Origin: Trichodesmium erythraeum IMS101
GTDB taxonomy: Bacteria; Cyanobacteriota; Cyanobacteriia; Cyanobacteriales; Microcoleaceae
NCBI RefSeq assembly: GCF_000014265.1
Contig: NC_008312.1
Location: 1,170,001-1,202,000, forward strand
DNA length: 32,000 nt
Direction: 5' to 3'
The position numbers and the translations under genes were made by a program. The notes beneath the pieces are model-generated. The model saw nothing but the letters and a program-made list of their open reading frames with translations. It did not search any database and was not told where the DNA came from. Below are positions 10,940 to 20,193 of the stretch, piece after piece. The number at the start of each line of letters is the position of its first letter. The stretch's first letter is position 1.

Positions 10940-11431
10940 CCAACTAGGGATTTTTGGTCAATGTTTTCAATATTAAGATTCGGCCAATCTTGAAAGCCCC
11001 TAACCAAAAACATTGCTTTAAAACCTTGCTAATACCCAGGCAACCTTTTAGTTTTTTTTTTTGAATGTATCTGTTAAGATGAATATTAATTAACTAATAG
11101 CCTGTAAGCAATCTGAGACCAAAAAGGATAAACCAGGCAAACGTAAGACTAGGGTAAAGTTTGATAGAAACATTTAATCACGGGACATAAAAAGTAGCAG
11201 GTTGTATTGTATAACTTAGAGCCTTTGCTAAGTGCAAAACTTAAAACCGCCGAGTAAACTAAAGCCTAAGTATATAGGCACCTCTAAATAGGCTTAATAG
11301 CCTGGGAAAATGTCGAGAAATGCCTGGTGTCCTAATTGTCCCAAAATAATCTCCTAAAATATGCACTAGATTTAAAAAAAGCTTGTTAGGTAGACTGTTG
11401 GAGGCAATATTCCCACGCTACATAATTTGAT

Positions 11432-12541
11432 TTAATTAACTCTAGCCGATGGTAGAATAAACATTGCATCACCAAAAGAATAAAAGCGGTATTTTTGATC
11501 AATTGCATCCTGGTATAAACTTAAAAGACGTTTTCTACCAATCATCGCACTAACAAGCATAAGTAAACTAGAGCGCGGAAGATGGAAATTAGTGATTAAA
11601 CCATCTACTACCCGCCATTTGTAACCAGGATAAATAAATATATCTGTGTAATCAGAAAATGGTCGAATTAAAGGAATTAAAGATTCTTGAGTGCTATAAT
11701 TATCATTAGCTAGCGCTGCTGCTTCTATAGCTCTCACTACTGTGGTTCCCACTGCGATAATGCGTCCACCTTTAGCCTTTGTCTGGTGAATTTTATCTAC
11801 ACTCAAAGATGAAACCTCAACCCATTCGGAGTGTATATTGTGGGTAGTAATATCTTTAACTTCAACCGGACGAAATGTGCCAATACCAACGTGCAAAGTT
11901 ATAAAAGCTCGTCCAATATTCCCTTGTTCTAGTTTATATAGTAATTCATCAGTAAAATGTAAGCCAGCGGTAGGAGCAGCGATAGCTCCTGCTATCTTAC
12001 TATATACAGTTTGATATTGTTCAGTTAAAGCCTGTGAACCTGTAACATAAGGAGGAAAAGGTATATGACCAAATTGCTTTAACAAATCAAGCCAAGAAAC
12101 TTCTTGAGGCCAATAAAATTGTAAAACACGTCCACCTGTTTCTTGATCAATTGCTAATACTGTTGCCTGCAACTTATAATCACAAGTAAATGATGAATTA
12201 GGTTCAAACTCAATCCTTGTCCCAGCACTAAAATGTTTGCCAGGCTTGACCAAAGCTAACCAAGAATCATTTGTGATCTGTTTCAATAATAATATTTCTA
12301 CCTGAGCACCACTCGTTTTTTGACCATAAAGCCTAGCGGGAATCACACGGGTATTATTTAATACTAGTAAATCTTCTGGTTGGAGTAAATCTGGTAAATC
12401 CCTGAAAATACGATGATTGTGTGTGAGGGACTCTATAACCATTAAGCGAGAGCTGTCTCTAGGAACAACTGGATTTTGAGCAATTAGCTCTTGGGGAAGT
12501 TCATAATCATAAGCCTCAATGGACCAATCTAAATCGGTCAT
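11432..12541 (-). CDS. queA: S-adenosylmethionine:tRNA ribosyltransferase-isomerase QueA
   Basis: The 369-aa ORF has an ATG start. It shows full-length QueA features: YDYELPQELIAQ near the N-terminus, AAPTAGLHFT, GIGTFRPV, VGTTVVRA and FYSFGDAM near the C-terminus. Confidence 0.95.
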   Translation of the reverse strand: MTDLDWSIEAYDYELPQELIAQNPVVPRDSSRLMVIESLTHNHRIFRDLPDLLQPEDLLVLNNTRVIPARLYGQKTSGAQVEILLLKQITNDSWLALVKPGKHFSAGTRIEFEPNSSFTCDYKLQATVLAIDQETGGRVLQFYWPQEVSWLDLLKQFGHIPFPPYVTGSQALTEQYQTVYSKIAGAIAAPTAGLHFTDELLYKLEQGNIGRAFITLHVGIGTFRPVEVKDITTHNIHSEWVEVSSLSVDKIHQTKAKGGRIIAVGTTVVRAIEAAALANDNYSTQESLIPLIRPFSDYTDIFIYPGYKWRVVDGLITNFHLPRSSLLMLVSAMIGRKRLLSLYQDAIDQKYRFYSFGDAMFILPSARVN

Positions 12542-12543
12542 TT

Positions 12544-12578
12544 CAGTTATCAGTTATCAGTTATTAGTTATCATTATC
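12544..12578. repeat. STRR-like heptamer array (CAGTTAT x3, TAGTTAT, CATTATC) abutting the queA start codon
   Basis: Read directly from the sequence: 12544-12564 holds three perfect CAGTTAT units, followed by two degenerate units. The array begins 2 nt from the queA ATG (12539-12541). An adjacent perfect hairpin CTCCTG-TCAT-CAGGAG lies at 12578-12593. Confidence 0.8.
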
Positions 12579-13021
12579 TCCTGTCATCAGGAGTTAAGAA
12601 AATCCTAGGTTAGGTTTACTTTTTGATCTTTTTGAAAGTGGAGATCAAACCTTATCAATTAGTCATATTTATTGAAGAAACAATAATGGATAATTAATTG
12701 GGTAAAACCCCCCATATAAATATGGGTACTTCTCCCCTAGTAATCTTCAACATAAAGAAGTGAATATAGATTAAGTATAGATATAATGATAAAATACTAG
12801 GCAGATATAGCTGTAGTGAAAAATACAACAGATTTTATAGCTGATTTAGACTTTTAAACATTGTAGAACATATACCTAATTGATTTATAGGGAAGCGATA
12901 AGATCCGCCCCGCTTCCTATAAACTTTTCCCACTACCTTTAATATTTCCTCTGTAGTAGAAAATAAAACTTAGAGGTTAAATCAGGGTAAAAGGGACAGT
13001 TATAAGCGGTAATAGTTTGAT

Positions 13022-13411
13022 ATGGAATATCTTTACTTTTTAGGAAATACTAGTCTGTGCCTCAGAGTAGTTGAATACTTAGACAATGCCCATCATTTAC
13101 AGCTTCGTTTTATGACAGTAATTCATCAAATTGATGGCTGGGTCGTAAAACTTAAAATGAGCAAATACTTGACTCCTCAAAAACACGGAGACTTTAGGGC
13201 TTTTATGAATGAATTGGGAATACCTTATGATCCTGATATCCGTGTCAGAATGGCACTATGGGGCTTGGAAACTGGACAATCACCCTTAAGTGTGATGAGA
13301 CGTTATCAGGTAGCAGTGGTTTCCCATGGAGAGCCCAATCAAGATGATATAGAAGCATTTAGAACCCAATTTGTCAGGGGTTTGGGATATTGCCCAGAAA
13401 CTTTGGGTTAG
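13022..13411 (+). CDS. Hypothetical protein (orphan; true start possibly at an internal Met)
   Basis: This is a 129-aa ORF. The part from MSKYLTPQKHGDF... onward has protein-like composition and higher GC than the flanking spacers. I recognise no family or motif, and the N-terminal 45 aa may be a spurious extension. Confidence 0.4.
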   Translation: MEYLYFLGNTSLCLRVVEYLDNAHHLQLRFMTVIHQIDGWVVKLKMSKYLTPQKHGDFRAFMNELGIPYDPDIRVRMALWGLETGQSPLSVMRRYQVAVVSHGEPNQDDIEAFRTQFVRGLGYCPETLG

Positions 13412-13942
13412 TCTTGCTGGAATCTGACTCTAATTTATTTGAATTTGTTTGTACCTATACATCTATAAAAAATATATTGTTAATATTAGTATGGGTACAA
13501 CAAAAAATAGTATATATTTAATTGATTCTTCACAATTGTCATTTTAATAAAGATTAAATTAAAATATAGTAAAATATCTTTATATCTAGTATAGTATTGG
13601 TCAATAAAAAAAATATATCTATACTACAGTACTACTGGCTATCAACATCATAGTAGAAAACTGAACTTAGGGACGTTAACATTAGACTAAAAAGGATTTA
13701 TACCAAAACTGGTTAATAGAGGAGTCATAAAAAGTATTAATCAATTCCATAACAAAACGAAAACTAAATTCCAGAGTAAATTGAAAAAGGAATTGAGAAT
13801 ACCAAAAAAGATCCCTTAGTAATATTTAATTAAATGCTTTTAGTTTTTTTCACCATACCCTAATTGTTTTAGCTGATAATAAGGCCAATAATTTAGCTCG
13901 TATAGATGTGTAATTAATCTGACACGACTACTTTGTGACTAT

Positions 13943-14485
13943 TTAATCCAAGTGAATAATAAAAGCAGAAGCAATGTAATTATGTAAAACCAATTGATAA
14001 CCTGCTAACTCTACAGAATTTCCAATATCAACAGTTAACTCAGATATTTGCTGTTCTATTGATAGTTTTTTTTGGGCTTGAGAATTTTTTCGAATATAAT
14101 TACACCTGACTAAAGCTACATCAAATCTACATGAATAATCTACTAATTCTGGGCGATCGCTCAAAAAAATTTCTGCAGTTTTCCATAGTTTTGCTTGTTT
14201 TGACTCTGTAACTGCTAGTAAACCATCTTGATCCCAGTTACCGCGACTACGGGTTTTAACCTCTACAAATGCTAAAATAGGAAATTTATAATTAGAGCTA
14301 TCCCTCAATGAAGAAGTAGTTTTTGTGGCAACAATATCTAGCTCTCCCCAGGGACATTGCCACCTTCGATGTAGTATTTGCCAACCTTCAAGATTTAACC
14401 ATTTTGCCACTAGCTCTTCTCCCAAAATACCTGTGTCAATTTTTTGGGAAATAAAAGTAGATTTACTAGATGAATCAAGACTCAT
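13943..14485 (-). CDS. YraN-family (UPF0102) putative endonuclease, extended form
   Basis: The core pattern is GEELVAKWL...GWQIL.RRW.CPWGELDIVA ... FVEVKTR ... RFDVALV. At 180 aa it is longer than the usual ~110-135 aa, through an internal S/T-rich insertion and a C-terminal extension. Confidence 0.8.
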   Translation of the reverse strand: MSLDSSSKSTFISQKIDTGILGEELVAKWLNLEGWQILHRRWQCPWGELDIVATKTTSSLRDSSNYKFPILAFVEVKTRSRGNWDQDGLLAVTESKQAKLWKTAEIFLSDRPELVDYSCRFDVALVRCNYIRKNSQAQKKLSIEQQISELTVDIGNSVELAGYQLVLHNYIASAFIIHLD

Positions 14486-14537
14486 TTTAGTTTATTCTAT
14501 ATTATGAACTGATTAAAGTAAATTAACCAGAAGTAGC

Positions 14538-15065
14538 ATGAATTTTAGACAACAGAAAACTTCCCAAGTTTTAGTCAGCTTTGTCTTTTCATTAGTAGTT
14601 TATATGGTTGCTATGGGGACAATAACTGCTATGACCTTTATTAAGGCTACACCAATTTTAGCTGATGAGTATGACAAACAAATATTAGTAGGTCAAGATT
14701 TTTCTGGTAAAGACTTAACTAATGATTCATTTACTAAGTCAATTCTGCGTAAAAGTAACTTTAGTAATGCAAATTTGAGTGGAGTTAGTTTATTTGGCGC
14801 TCATTTAGAAGGAGCTAATTTAGAGGGAGCAAATCTTAGTTATTCTACTTTGGATGATGCTGTTTTTAACAAAGCAAATTTGACTAATGCTATTTTGGAA
14901 GGTGCTTTTGCTTTCCATACTCAATTTCGTGACGCAATTATTGATGGAGCAGATTTTACTGATGCTTTTTTGCGAAAAGATACTACAAAAGATCTATGCA
15001 AAATTGCTCAAGGTAAAAATTCTATTACAGGTAAGGAAACAAGAGATACACTCTTTTGTAAATAA
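14538..15065 (+). CDS. Pentapeptide-repeat protein with N-terminal signal or anchor (likely lumenal or periplasmic)
   Basis: The 175-aa ORF has a hydrophobic N-terminus (VLVSFVFSLVVYMVAMGTITAM). This is followed by contiguous A(D/N)LxX pentapeptides (ANLSGVSLFGAHLEGANLEGANLSYSTLDDAVFNKANLTNAILEGA). Confidence 0.85.
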   Translation: MNFRQQKTSQVLVSFVFSLVVYMVAMGTITAMTFIKATPILADEYDKQILVGQDFSGKDLTNDSFTKSILRKSNFSNANLSGVSLFGAHLEGANLEGANLSYSTLDDAVFNKANLTNAILEGAFAFHTQFRDAIIDGADFTDAFLRKDTTKDLCKIAQGKNSITGKETRDTLFCK

Positions 15066-16710
15066 TTTTTATTACCCTAACTCGCAGGAATTAAGGAACA
15101 CAGAATTAGGACAAATAAACTTTAGATAAACTTTATTGAAATTTTCCCTTGTCTACCAACGCCCAGGCAATTAGCACTAAAGATTTGATCTTGTTAGGGC
15201 TGTTGCTGGGAATAACTGTAGTATTTATGAGCTGGACTTTCTGCTCTACTAAATCTACCTAAACTTACATATAAATTTACTCAAACTTATATAAGCAGGA
15301 ATTGCATAAGCTTTGGAGCTAGATTCAGTGTTTCACCCTTATGTCACTGAGTACAGTCTTTAACTTATTTAAGACCGAAACTTCAAATTATCAGGAAGCT
15401 TAAGCTACTTATTCACATAGTTCTCCCTAATTACTCATACTGCTACGATATTGCTATGTATGTACTATTTTCAATGAACTTAGTTCATTTTTGTTTGACT
15501 GTCAAGTCTCACCCATAAGTTCTGCTGACTTTCAATGAGGGCTTGGCCGAACTACAGTGAATTTCAGCAATAGATATCTCCAGAAAAGGTTATCAAACCT
15601 TTGCTATGTTATTCTAAAATCTGCATTTTTGGAGAGGTCTAATAAATAGCACGACTATTTGTTGATGGTTCTTCTCTCAGGGAAAATTACCTTAACCCTA
15701 ATGGTTAAGGGTAGACTCTTGGTAAATTTATTTTTGGTCATTCCGGCAGGGACTACAAAATTAATTATTGTACCATCAATTTATGCTTTTTATGATAATA
15801 GCTACAAGTATTAATATTCTGAGTGAGGTGAGGGGAATGTTACTAACTGATAATTTCGACTGACCTTCTTGGCAGAGTATTGTTTTAGTTTAGTTAGCAG
15901 AGTCTTTAGGTGAGGTCTGTTTATCTTAGGGTCATTCTTCAGGCTTGTAGGGCTTCAGTAATGAGTGAACGCCTGGTATTCTCTGGCCAACATAGGTTTT
16001 GTCTAAAAATAAGGATTGGATAATGGTTGTTTTTTTTTGTACTAATGCATTTCTCCAGTGAATCTTAAAAACTCCGTTTCTTTGTTCAGAGTTTGATATT
16101 TTACCAATAGCTAGACTATTTACTAATAGATAGTTAGACTATGTTTCTAGTTTTTAGTTTCTACTCAAGGGATGTTCTAGTTATTTGCTACTGCACTTAT
16201 ACCTAGTATGAACGCAGCAAATTTCATTTTCCGTCCATTAACACACTCGTCGGAGCAGTAGTTTAAATCGTTATTTCTTTACTGCTGCCTCAATGTCAAT
16301 CACAGATAGGCAGTCCAGACAAGCACATTTCAATTAGGTTACCTTATTCATTGTTGTTTTTCTAAACTTATTATTATAACTAGTTTAACACATGAAAGAT
16401 ATTCAGTAGCTCTGCTCCGAAATGGTAGATGGGGATGAAAAAAGTAAGATTATCCTACTAAATCTCTCGAAAAATTCCAATAAGTGGAAATATTAGGATA
16501 TATGGTATAAAAACCTTTTATGGATATTTATACTTCTGTTTTTCTCGACAAAATAATTACAACAGACCAGGATTACAATGGGCTAATTTTATTTGATTTT
16601 TTTCAAGTATATATTTATATTTTATTAAACATTGAGTTCTTCCTCAGTTCCTGTACAAATAACCAGAATTATTTTTGATTAAAGTTGCAGCCTATAAAAG
16701 GGTTTACCTC

Positions 16711-17072
16711 CTCTAAAAATCTGCTACTTAACTTGTATGAAACTACTAGAGTAGACAGTAGAAGTCTTGGCTTATTCTGGAATGGAAAAGATAAGCTATA
16801 TGCAGTTTTTAGGGCTAATTAACTTTGCTATTAAGATTTCCCTTTACTATTTCATAACATAATTCGTTTTTTAGATTCATTAATATTCAAACTCTAAAAA
16901 TCTGCTACTTAACTTGTATGAAACTACTAGAGTAGACAGTAGAAGTCTTGGCTTATTCTGGAATGGAAAAGATAAGCTATATGCAGTTTTTAGGGCTAAT
17001 TAACTTTGCTATTAAGATTTCCCTTTACTATTTCATAACATAATTCGTTTTTTAGATTCATTAATATTCAAA
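16711..17072. repeat. Perfect 2 x 181-bp direct tandem repeat
   Basis: Copy 1 (16711-16891) and copy 2 (16892-17072) are identical at every position in my base-by-base comparison. The flanks differ immediately outside the repeat. It lies 53 bp beyond the dnaG stop codon. Confidence 0.97.
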
Positions 17073-17124
17073 TATTTACTTGTTTACTCTGAAAAATTTG
17101 AAGAGTTATTTTTGTACTATGATT

Positions 17125-19152
17125 TTAGTTAGTTAATTCCCCTAAAGGTACTTCAATTAAATCTTGAATAGTTGTCAGTCTTAACCTCTCCAATTCCTGA
17201 ATCCATTGTGATTCACTATAAAATTTTTCTTTATATTTTTCAGCTAATTCTGGGTCAACGGATAAATCAGTTTCTTGCCACATATTCAAGAGAGTACTTT
17301 GACGTTTTTTTGATATAATTAATTCTATAGTTGCTACTGAAGAACGAATTTCTAAAGGGGCTCTAAGAATATTTTTTTTTGTTTTTTCATCTAAATGAAA
17401 AAGATGCTTTAAATTAGGGAATTTATCTAGATTTTCCCAGTAAGTATCTTGTAACTTTGAAATTAAATCATCTGATTGATTAATTTCATTTTCCGAGATA
17501 TTTTCTGCAGAAACAATTTGCTGCCACAAAAGTCTATTGTGAGCGAAGCTAAACTGTAAATCTCTTGCTTCCATTGCATCTTTCACCTCTCGACGATAGT
17601 TAGGACAATGTAAGTAAATACGCAATAATAAAGACTCAGCTTCTGCCAATAAACTCCCTTTTACAGGTGGAGATAAAACCTCTGGTGAATGATTTTTTTT
17701 TCCCTTAGTAAAGTTCCTATTATTTCGCTGATTAGATTTTAATTGTTTCGCTACTAGTAACGGTGGTGATATAAATTCACCCTTAGCTAAGATCTTTTTC
17801 CAATTAATAAAAACTTGAGTTAATAAATTTTCATAAATTAATGAAACTCTCCGAGTGTCTTCCTGACTCAAAATTTGCGCACAATATTGAAGATAATAAG
17901 TAAATTGATTATCATTAGTTATTTTCGTTAATATTTTAACTATTTCTTGACTAGCTTTAGTATATTCATCTGCCAGACTAAGATTTTTAGTTCTGACTAT
18001 ATTTTGAATTTGCCAATCAATCCATAGAGTAGAATTAACCAATAATTCTTGATATTTTTTACCAGAATAAGTTTTCAAATATTCGTCAGCATCTTTCCCG
18101 TCAGGAATGTTTAAAATTCTCAGTTGAACTTCCCCACTATAAGCAAATTTTTCCATTTCTCCAATTGCTCTTTCAGTAGCTTGAATACCGGCTCGGTCAG
18201 CATCAAAATTTAAGATGATTTGTTTAGATTCTGTGTAACGTAAAAGTTGTCTAATTTGAATTGAACTTAAGGCCGTACCAAGAGAAGCAACAACATTATT
18301 AATTCCTGAAGCATGAAGAGCGATCGCGTCAAAATATCCCTCTACAACGACAGCTTTATCTTGTTTAGAAATAGCAGTTTTTGCTTTATCCAAAGCAAAT
18401 AAAGTTTTACCCTTATCAAATAATTCTGTCTCAGGAGAATTCAAGTATTTAGGTTGTTCATCACTTAAAGTTCTGCCACCAAAACCAATAACTCTACCTT
18501 GAATATCATTGATAGGAATCATTAAGCGATCGCGAAATCTATCGTAATAACCAGTACCAGATTTTCTTGACAAAATTAATCCAGTTTTTTCGACTAATTC
18601 TACAGGCAAACCTTTTTGTTCTACCAGATAACCATAAATAGTTTCCCAACCATTAGGAGCATAACCCAATTGAAAATTTTGAATGGTTTCTTCTGAAGTT
18701 TGACGTGAAATTTGTAAATACTCTAAAGCAATTTTTCCCTGGGGTTGTCTTAAGGCATGTTGATAAAAACTATTAGCTATTGCCAAGATTTCATAAAGTT
18801 TTTCACGCAGAGAAATTTGCCGTTGAAACTCTTGTCTATTTTCCGGTAATTCTGTTTTAATTGGTATTTGATAACGTCTCGCTAAATCTAATACAACATC
18901 ACTAAAAGAAGACTTACCAATTTCCATCAAAAACTTCAACACGTTACCAGCTGCACCACAACCAAAACAGTAGTACAGTTGTTTAGTCGTACTAACAGTA
19001 AAGCTAGGAGTTTTTTCTTCATGAAAAGGGCATAATCCTACATAATCTTTTCCCCGCTTTTTTAATAAAAGATGCTCTGAAATAACATCATAAATGTCAG
19101 CCCTTTGCTTGACTTCTGTAATAGTATCTTGATGAAAACGGAAATTATTCAT
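17125..19152 (-). CDS. dnaG: DNA primase DnaG
   Basis: The 675-aa ORF has an ATG start. It carries the zinc-ribbon CPFHEEKTPSFTVS...YYCFGCGAAGN and the TOPRIM motifs VVVEGYFDAI and NFDADRAG. Confidence 0.95.
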   Translation of the reverse strand: MNNFRFHQDTITEVKQRADIYDVISEHLLLKKRGKDYVGLCPFHEEKTPSFTVSTTKQLYYCFGCGAAGNVLKFLMEIGKSSFSDVVLDLARRYQIPIKTELPENRQEFQRQISLREKLYEILAIANSFYQHALRQPQGKIALEYLQISRQTSEETIQNFQLGYAPNGWETIYGYLVEQKGLPVELVEKTGLILSRKSGTGYYDRFRDRLMIPINDIQGRVIGFGGRTLSDEQPKYLNSPETELFDKGKTLFALDKAKTAISKQDKAVVVEGYFDAIALHASGINNVVASLGTALSSIQIRQLLRYTESKQIILNFDADRAGIQATERAIGEMEKFAYSGEVQLRILNIPDGKDADEYLKTYSGKKYQELLVNSTLWIDWQIQNIVRTKNLSLADEYTKASQEIVKILTKITNDNQFTYYLQYCAQILSQEDTRRVSLIYENLLTQVFINWKKILAKGEFISPPLLVAKQLKSNQRNNRNFTKGKKNHSPEVLSPPVKGSLLAEAESLLLRIYLHCPNYRREVKDAMEARDLQFSFAHNRLLWQQIVSAENISENEINQSDDLISKLQDTYWENLDKFPNLKHLFHLDEKTKKNILRAPLEIRSSVATIELIISKKRQSTLLNMWQETDLSVDPELAEKYKEKFYSESQWIQELERLRLTTIQDLIEVPLGELTN

Positions 19153-19666
19153 AGAATTTATTAAATAATTTAATCTAAACTTTGAATCTTCTAGTCAAGA
19201 TTAAGTTTTACTACTCAGTACTTGATTTTTTTTGTGCTTATCTGCCATAAATTATGCTGAATTTTTTTGATGTTCAGATCAATAAGTAGTAGAAGAAATA
19301 GTTTTACGAAATCTCAAAAGTATCCTTAAATCTTCTGAAGAGTAGAGAATAGATAGAAACGTTGTATTTAAATAACTTATGCTCTATAATTATTAGTCAT
19401 AATTAATCTAAGATTTAATACATATAATAGTTAAAAACTTAATTATATTTCTAGTGATAATTAATCTCAAGCCTTTGAAATATCTGGATAAAAACTTAGT
19501 TTACAGAAATATATATTTGACTTACTTATTGCTTAATCACTAAAGTCGTGAGGAAACATAGTATTATTTATAGTAATTAGTATATTCAGTAATAATTTTT
19601 ATTTATTTGTCCAAAAAAGGTTCTTAAACTCTTGTTGTTCCTTTCTTAAATAACTATTTTTGGACA

Positions 19667-19860
19667 TAACTATTGCACTTTATTTGGTGGCTACAAATCT
19701 TCTACTAATTAGTTATATTTCTTGACTCTTTCAGAGAGACTTACAGTATATAGGTTCAAATTATGTTTGAAGCTTTTTTTATAGGTGCAAATATTGCACT
19801 GCTTAATTATATCACCTAACTCTTTGAGTAGACACTTGCACTATATAGGGAAAAATTATC
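19667..19860. repeat. Two degenerate (~70% identical) direct repeats in the dnaG/DUF502 divergent spacer
   Basis: Both units start with TATTGCACT (19672 and 19792). Both end ...TTA(G/A)TTATAT...ACTCTTT(C/G)AG..AGAC..CTT(A/G)CA(G/C)TATATAGG...AATTAT. Unit 1 carries a ~26-bp insertion and a TTGACT ... TATATA promoter-like pair. Confidence 0.4.
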
Positions 19861-20193
19861 AATGTCTTGTTAAAACTGGACTTGATACCATAGCACTACA
19901 AAAAAGTGTTAGAATTTTGTTAAAATAGAAATCTAGGTCAAATAGTAGTTTTAACTTGATATAAATTGCGCAGTACCCCCCAGGAGACTCGTTGATAATT
20001 GCTGGCAGAGGATTCCGGTACGGAAATAGTTAAAGCAATATCAAAGATATTTACATCACAGTTGCTAAAATTATCTATCCATTGTCAAGAATTCAACATT
20101 ATGAAATGTTAAATGGTTAATTTGAAACCTTAGATATTAAGATATAATAAGTAAGTTTGATTTTAGGCTGGAGTAAAAAATATCTAGCCAGTT

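Noticed and set aside
11052-11062. T11 run after rpmF as an intrinsic terminator
   Set aside because: The preceding sequence contains direct (AACCTT...AACCTT) rather than inverted repeats, and I could not draw a stable stem. It may still terminate transcription but is not supportable by eye.
15185-15262. TTG-initiated 25-aa hydrophobic ORF (LILLGLLLGITVVFMSWTFCSTKST) as a small photosystem or cytochrome subunit or a toxin
   Set aside because: It does not match any small PSI, PSII or b6f subunit sequence that I know. It has no ATG and no ribosome-binding site. It is mentioned only as a possible relic.
15503-15521. Shared motif TCAAG(T/C)CTCACCCATAAGT at 15503-15521 and 27344-27362 as a dispersed repeat family
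   Set aside because: There are only two copies with an 18/19 match. My rough estimate is about 0.1 chance occurrences in a 32-kb window, so it is borderline. No extended similarity exists in the flanks, and it cannot be judged without the whole genome.
16711-17072. CRISPR array interpretation of the 181-bp repeats, and of the 27-bp repeats at 28011-28091
   Set aside because: The repeats are directly adjacent with no unique spacers. There are only 2-3 units, the unit sizes are wrong for CRISPR, and no cas genes are present.
20005-20025. Heterocyst-type DIF1 promoter motif (TCCGGA) or NtcA site (GTA-N8-TAC) in the dnaG/DUF502 spacer and upstream of argH
   Set aside because: The sequence at 20013 is TCCGGT, not TCCGGA, and no properly spaced -10 follows. 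The closest GTA-N8 strings I saw end in TAT or ATA rather than TAC. The evidence is insufficient.
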